Assembly (NCBI GenBank): GCA_963971675.1
Contig: CAXASQ010000014.1
Coordinates: forward strand, 2,166 to 66,165
DNA from: an uncultured Alphaproteobacteria bacterium
GTDB taxonomy: Bacteria > Pseudomonadota > Alphaproteobacteria > Sneathiellales > Sneathiellaceae
DNA length: 64,000 nt
Direction of reading: 5' to 3'
Below, piece after piece: positions 61,234 to 64,000 of the stretch; the stretch's first letter is position 1, and every line of letters starts with the position of its first letter. Below the pieces are notes generated by a model. The model had not been told where the DNA came from. It searched no databases and was given only the letters and a program-made list of their open reading frames with translations. The position numbers and the translations under genes were made by a program.

Positions 61234-62079
61234 TTAACTATAATCCACCATTTTCAGCACTTCTTCGGGGGAATATCCCTCTTCACGGAGGGATCTGACC
61301 GTTGCTGCCTTATCGCGTTTTGAGAGCCGTTTTCCCTGCGGATCGGAAATCAGTCCGTGATGCATGTAACGCGGCGTTGGCAATTCCAGCAATGCCTGCA
61401 AAAGACGATGAATATGGGTCGCCGCGAACAGGTCTTGCCCCCGCACCACAAGATTGACCCCCTGCAACGCATCATCAAAGGTGACCGCCAGATGATAGCT
61501 TGTGGGGGTCTCCTTGCGGGCCAGAACAATATCCCCAAAAGGCGCCGGATCACATTGTATGGTCCCCTTGCCCACCTCCTCGAACCGCAGGCTTGAAAGC
61601 GGCACGGACGCCATCGCTTTAACCATATCCAGACGTAATGCATATGCATCGCCCCGGATAAATCGCTCCTGCCTCTCCAGATCGCTCAAATGTCGGCAAA
61701 TGCCCGGATAGATGGGGCCTTCCGGGCCCTGAGGGGCGCTATTGCTGCGGGTAATTTCCGCCGCAATTTCTTTGCGTGTGCAGAAACAGGGGTAGATCAG
61801 ACCACGATCACCAAGCTTCTCCAGTAGCGCCGCGTAATCATCGAAATGATCGCTCTGTCGGCGGAGGGGATAATCCCATTCCAATCCCAACCAGCGCAGA
61901 TCTTCGACGATTCCCTCCTCAAATTCGGGCCGACATCGGGTGGTGTCAATATCTTCAATTCGGAGCAGAAAATGCCCGCCCCCCTCCCGCGCCGCGCGCC
62001 AGGCAAGCGACGCGGAATAGACATGCCCCAGATGCAGAAATCCGGTTGGGCTGGGCGCAAAACGCGTTATAGTTACCAT
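61234..62079 (-). CDS. gluQ: tRNA glutamyl-Q(34) synthetase
   Basis: 281 aa (truncated GluRS-like); RFAPSPTGFLHLGHV, LLRIEDID, no anticodon-binding domain. Confidence 0.85.
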   Translation of the reverse strand: MVTITRFAPSPTGFLHLGHVYSASLAWRAAREGGGHFLLRIEDIDTTRCRPEFEEGIVEDLRWLGLEWDYPLRRQSDHFDDYAALLEKLGDRGLIYPCFCTRKEIAAEITRSNSAPQGPEGPIYPGICRHLSDLERQERFIRGDAYALRLDMVKAMASVPLSSLRFEEVGKGTIQCDPAPFGDIVLARKETPTSYHLAVTFDDALQGVNLVVRGQDLFAATHIHRLLQALLELPTPRYMHHGLISDPQGKRLSKRDKAATVRSLREEGYSPEEVLKMVDYS

Positions 62080-62219
62080 ATCGTTAACAAGGAACGGGTT
62101 CGGAAAAAATTATCAAAATACACCTAAAATTTTATCTGTTTTTCTTGTCAGTCATCCGGCCCGACGCTAGCCTTTGTTAACAGTTTTTTAATTATAAAAA
62201 AGATCAACGGGCGAGACAA

Positions 62220-63512
62220 ATGTTTAGACGGATATTGATCGCATTGAATATTCTGATGTTGGTAACGGCTTGCGCCATTCCGATTACCCGCAATCACGAT
62301 ATAAATGTGGCAATGGAACGTTACGAGGCCGCCTATCGCGAGATTGTCAGAAACGACCCGCTGATGGCGCAGAATATTGGCGTTATGGCTGATGTCCTGG
62401 AAACGGTTGATCGCCGTTATGTGGATAACGTCAATCCTGAACAGCTTGTCGACAAAGCAATAGAGGCGTTGAAAGCGACTGCCGATGACAGTGACGGTTC
62501 GTTTGAAAAAGATCCGACCACCCGTGCGTTGAACGCCATGCTGTCTTCCATGGACCGTTTTACCGGCTATATGGCGCCGCAGAGCTTTTCGACCTATCGG
62601 GAAAGTCTGGACGGACATTTCATCGGCCTTGGCGTACATATCCGGATGATTGACGACAGCCTCACCATCATGGATCTGCTGAAAGGCTCCGGCGCTGAAG
62701 CGGCCGATCTTCGCAAGCAGGACATTATCACTCATGTCGATGGCGCCCCCATCAAGGGCTTGACCCTGCACGAAGCCCGGGCATTGTTACGCGGACCGGA
62801 AAACAGCGTCGCCAGCCTGACCGTTCGTCGCCCGTCCACGAACGAGCCGCTGCAAATTGCCGTGACCCGCAAGGAGGTGGACATCACCTCTGTTGCCCAT
62901 CATGTGGAAGGCAATATCGGCTATATCCGGATTTATTCCTTCACCCGCAAGACAGGCCCCGGCGTCACCGTCGCGCTTAAAGATATTGACCGGCAGCTCG
63001 GGGACGGCCTTTGCGGCATCGTCCTTGACATGCGCGACAATCCGGGCGGGCTGGTCTCTGCGGCGGAGATTGTTGCCGATGCCTTTCTGGATGGCGGCAA
63101 TATTTACGCGGTCGAAAATCGCGGTCATATGATGATTGCACGCGATGCAGACCGGGGCGATGAAGCACGGGGAACGCCCATTGTTGTCATGTTGAACAAG
63201 AAATCCGCCTCCTCCTCCGAAATTGTCGCCGGGGCGCTGAAATATCAGGCACGCGCCAAGCTGTTTGGCGAACAGAGTTTTGGTAAAGGGCTTATGCAGT
63301 CTCTCATGCCGCTACGCAATGGTGGCGGGCTCAGGCTGACGACAGGCCGGTTTACTACGGGTGGCGGCCCCACTTTCCACGGAGTTGGATTGACACCGGA
63401 TATTCCCCATAAGGATGTTGAGGGGGAAAGCGACGCCTATCAGATTTCCCTCGCCGCCAAGAGTCTGAACTGCAACACAAGCCTGACAACCGCGCTTAAC
63501 ACAGTACAATGA
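62220..63512 (+). CDS. S41-family C-terminal processing peptidase (lipoprotein, PDZ domain)
   Basis: Lipobox LMLVTAC; PDZ segment GLGVHIRMIDDSLTIMDLLKGSGAEAADL; VLDMRDNPGG; NKKSASSSEIVAGAL; GEQSFGKG. Confidence 0.85.
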   Translation: MFRRILIALNILMLVTACAIPITRNHDINVAMERYEAAYREIVRNDPLMAQNIGVMADVLETVDRRYVDNVNPEQLVDKAIEALKATADDSDGSFEKDPTTRALNAMLSSMDRFTGYMAPQSFSTYRESLDGHFIGLGVHIRMIDDSLTIMDLLKGSGAEAADLRKQDIITHVDGAPIKGLTLHEARALLRGPENSVASLTVRRPSTNEPLQIAVTRKEVDITSVAHHVEGNIGYIRIYSFTRKTGPGVTVALKDIDRQLGDGLCGIVLDMRDNPGGLVSAAEIVADAFLDGGNIYAVENRGHMMIARDADRGDEARGTPIVVMLNKKSASSSEIVAGALKYQARAKLFGEQSFGKGLMQSLMPLRNGGGLRLTTGRFTTGGGPTFHGVGLTPDIPHKDVEGESDAYQISLAAKSLNCNTSLTTALNTVQ

Positions 63513-64000
63513 CAGGCGGCGGCAATATCAACGACGCCCTCGCCTTCATTACTGCGCAGGACCCGGATTTTGCCCGCGCCCTCCCGCTTATAAAACCTCT
63601 GCCGGACCGGGGCCGACCCGCCGGCTTTGAACATCTGTCCAAAATCATCGTCGAGCAGCAAGTCTCCCTCGCCAGCGCGGAAGCCATCTGGAAACGCCTT
63701 TCTGAAGCGGTCGCGCCTTTTACGCCGGAGATGATGGTCACTTTTGATGAGGACGGCCTCCGCAGCCTCGGCCTCAGCCGCCAGAAAGCGCGGTACTGCC
63801 GCGCCCTGGCCATGGATATTGTCGAAGGCCGGTTATTGCTTGACCGGCTGCATGAAGAAGAGGATGCAGCCGTGCTGGAGCAGTTGACGCAGGTCAAGGG
63901 CATCGGCCGCTGGACTGCCGAAATCTACATGATCGCCTGCCTTGGCCGCGCCGATGTCTGGCCTGCCGGGGATATCGCGCTGCAGAACGCCCTTGGTCAC
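63509..64000 (+). CDS. HhH-GPD DNA glycosylase (AlkA-like 3-methyladenine glycosylase), 5' part; continues past right edge
   Basis: Not in the ORF track (no stop in window). The ATG overlaps the peptidase stop (ATGA). Hand translation: MTGGGNINDALAFITAQDPDFARAL...IIVEQQVSLASAEAIWKRL...LTQVKGIGRWTAEIYMIACLGRADVWPAGDIALQNALGH. Confidence 0.75.
   Translation, partial: MTGGGNINDALAFITAQDPDFARALPLIKPLPDRGRPAGFEHLSKIIVEQQVSLASAEAIWKRLSEAVAPFTPEMMVTFDEDGLRSLGLSRQKARYCRALAMDIVEGRLLLDRLHEEEDAAVLEQLTQVKGIGRWTAEIYMIACLGRADVWPAGDIALQNALGH

Overview
This window looks like alphaproteobacterial chromosome. That placement is inferred from gene content and synteny only: a perfect CIRCE element upstream of groES-groEL, argD-argF-hslO, metZ-apaG behind a SAM-II-like leader, ccr/mcd/ecm ethylmalonyl-CoA genes, and small DUF2842/DUF4170/HIG1 proteins.

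The right-hand ~59 kb (4.7-64 kb) is tightly packed core genome. It holds lepA, pheS-pheT, rplT-rpmI, infC, thrS, groES-groEL, argS, fbaA, ggt, fumC, metZ, folE, trkH, hslO, argF-argD, thiolase-hbd-etfBA, ccr-mcd/ecm, gluQ and an S41 peptidase. Two tRNAs are present, Ser-GGA and Gly-CCC.

The left ~4.6 kb is accessory DNA and is more AT-rich by eye. A P4-type integrase abuts tRNA-Ser and is followed by an orphan 295-aa gene. Next comes an excisionase-like/HTH-Cys4/tyrosine-recombinase module whose recombinase lost its C-terminus to an IS6-family element. That IS runs off the left edge, and its transposase is missing from the ORF track because no stop codon lies inside the window.

I found no rRNA, CRISPR array, phage structural genes, or recognisable defence or toxin domains. 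I cannot demonstrate a complete novel multi-gene system from sequence alone. The best leads are:
- the integrase-proximal orphan cargo gene
- a tightly overlapped ECF sigma / anti-sigma / CnrX-CpxP-like sensor / DUF938 methyltransferase operon
- a 316-bp gene-free region with crossed intrinsic terminators (sRNA or overlapping 3' UTRs)
- a SAM-II-like leader with a duplicated 8-mer that suggests a terminator/antiterminator switch
- a three-domain Nfu protein
- a GGDEF cyclase translationally coupled to an unannotated 57-aa two-TM peptide

All coordinates were hand-indexed and start codons were chosen by eye. No database search or structure computation was possible.
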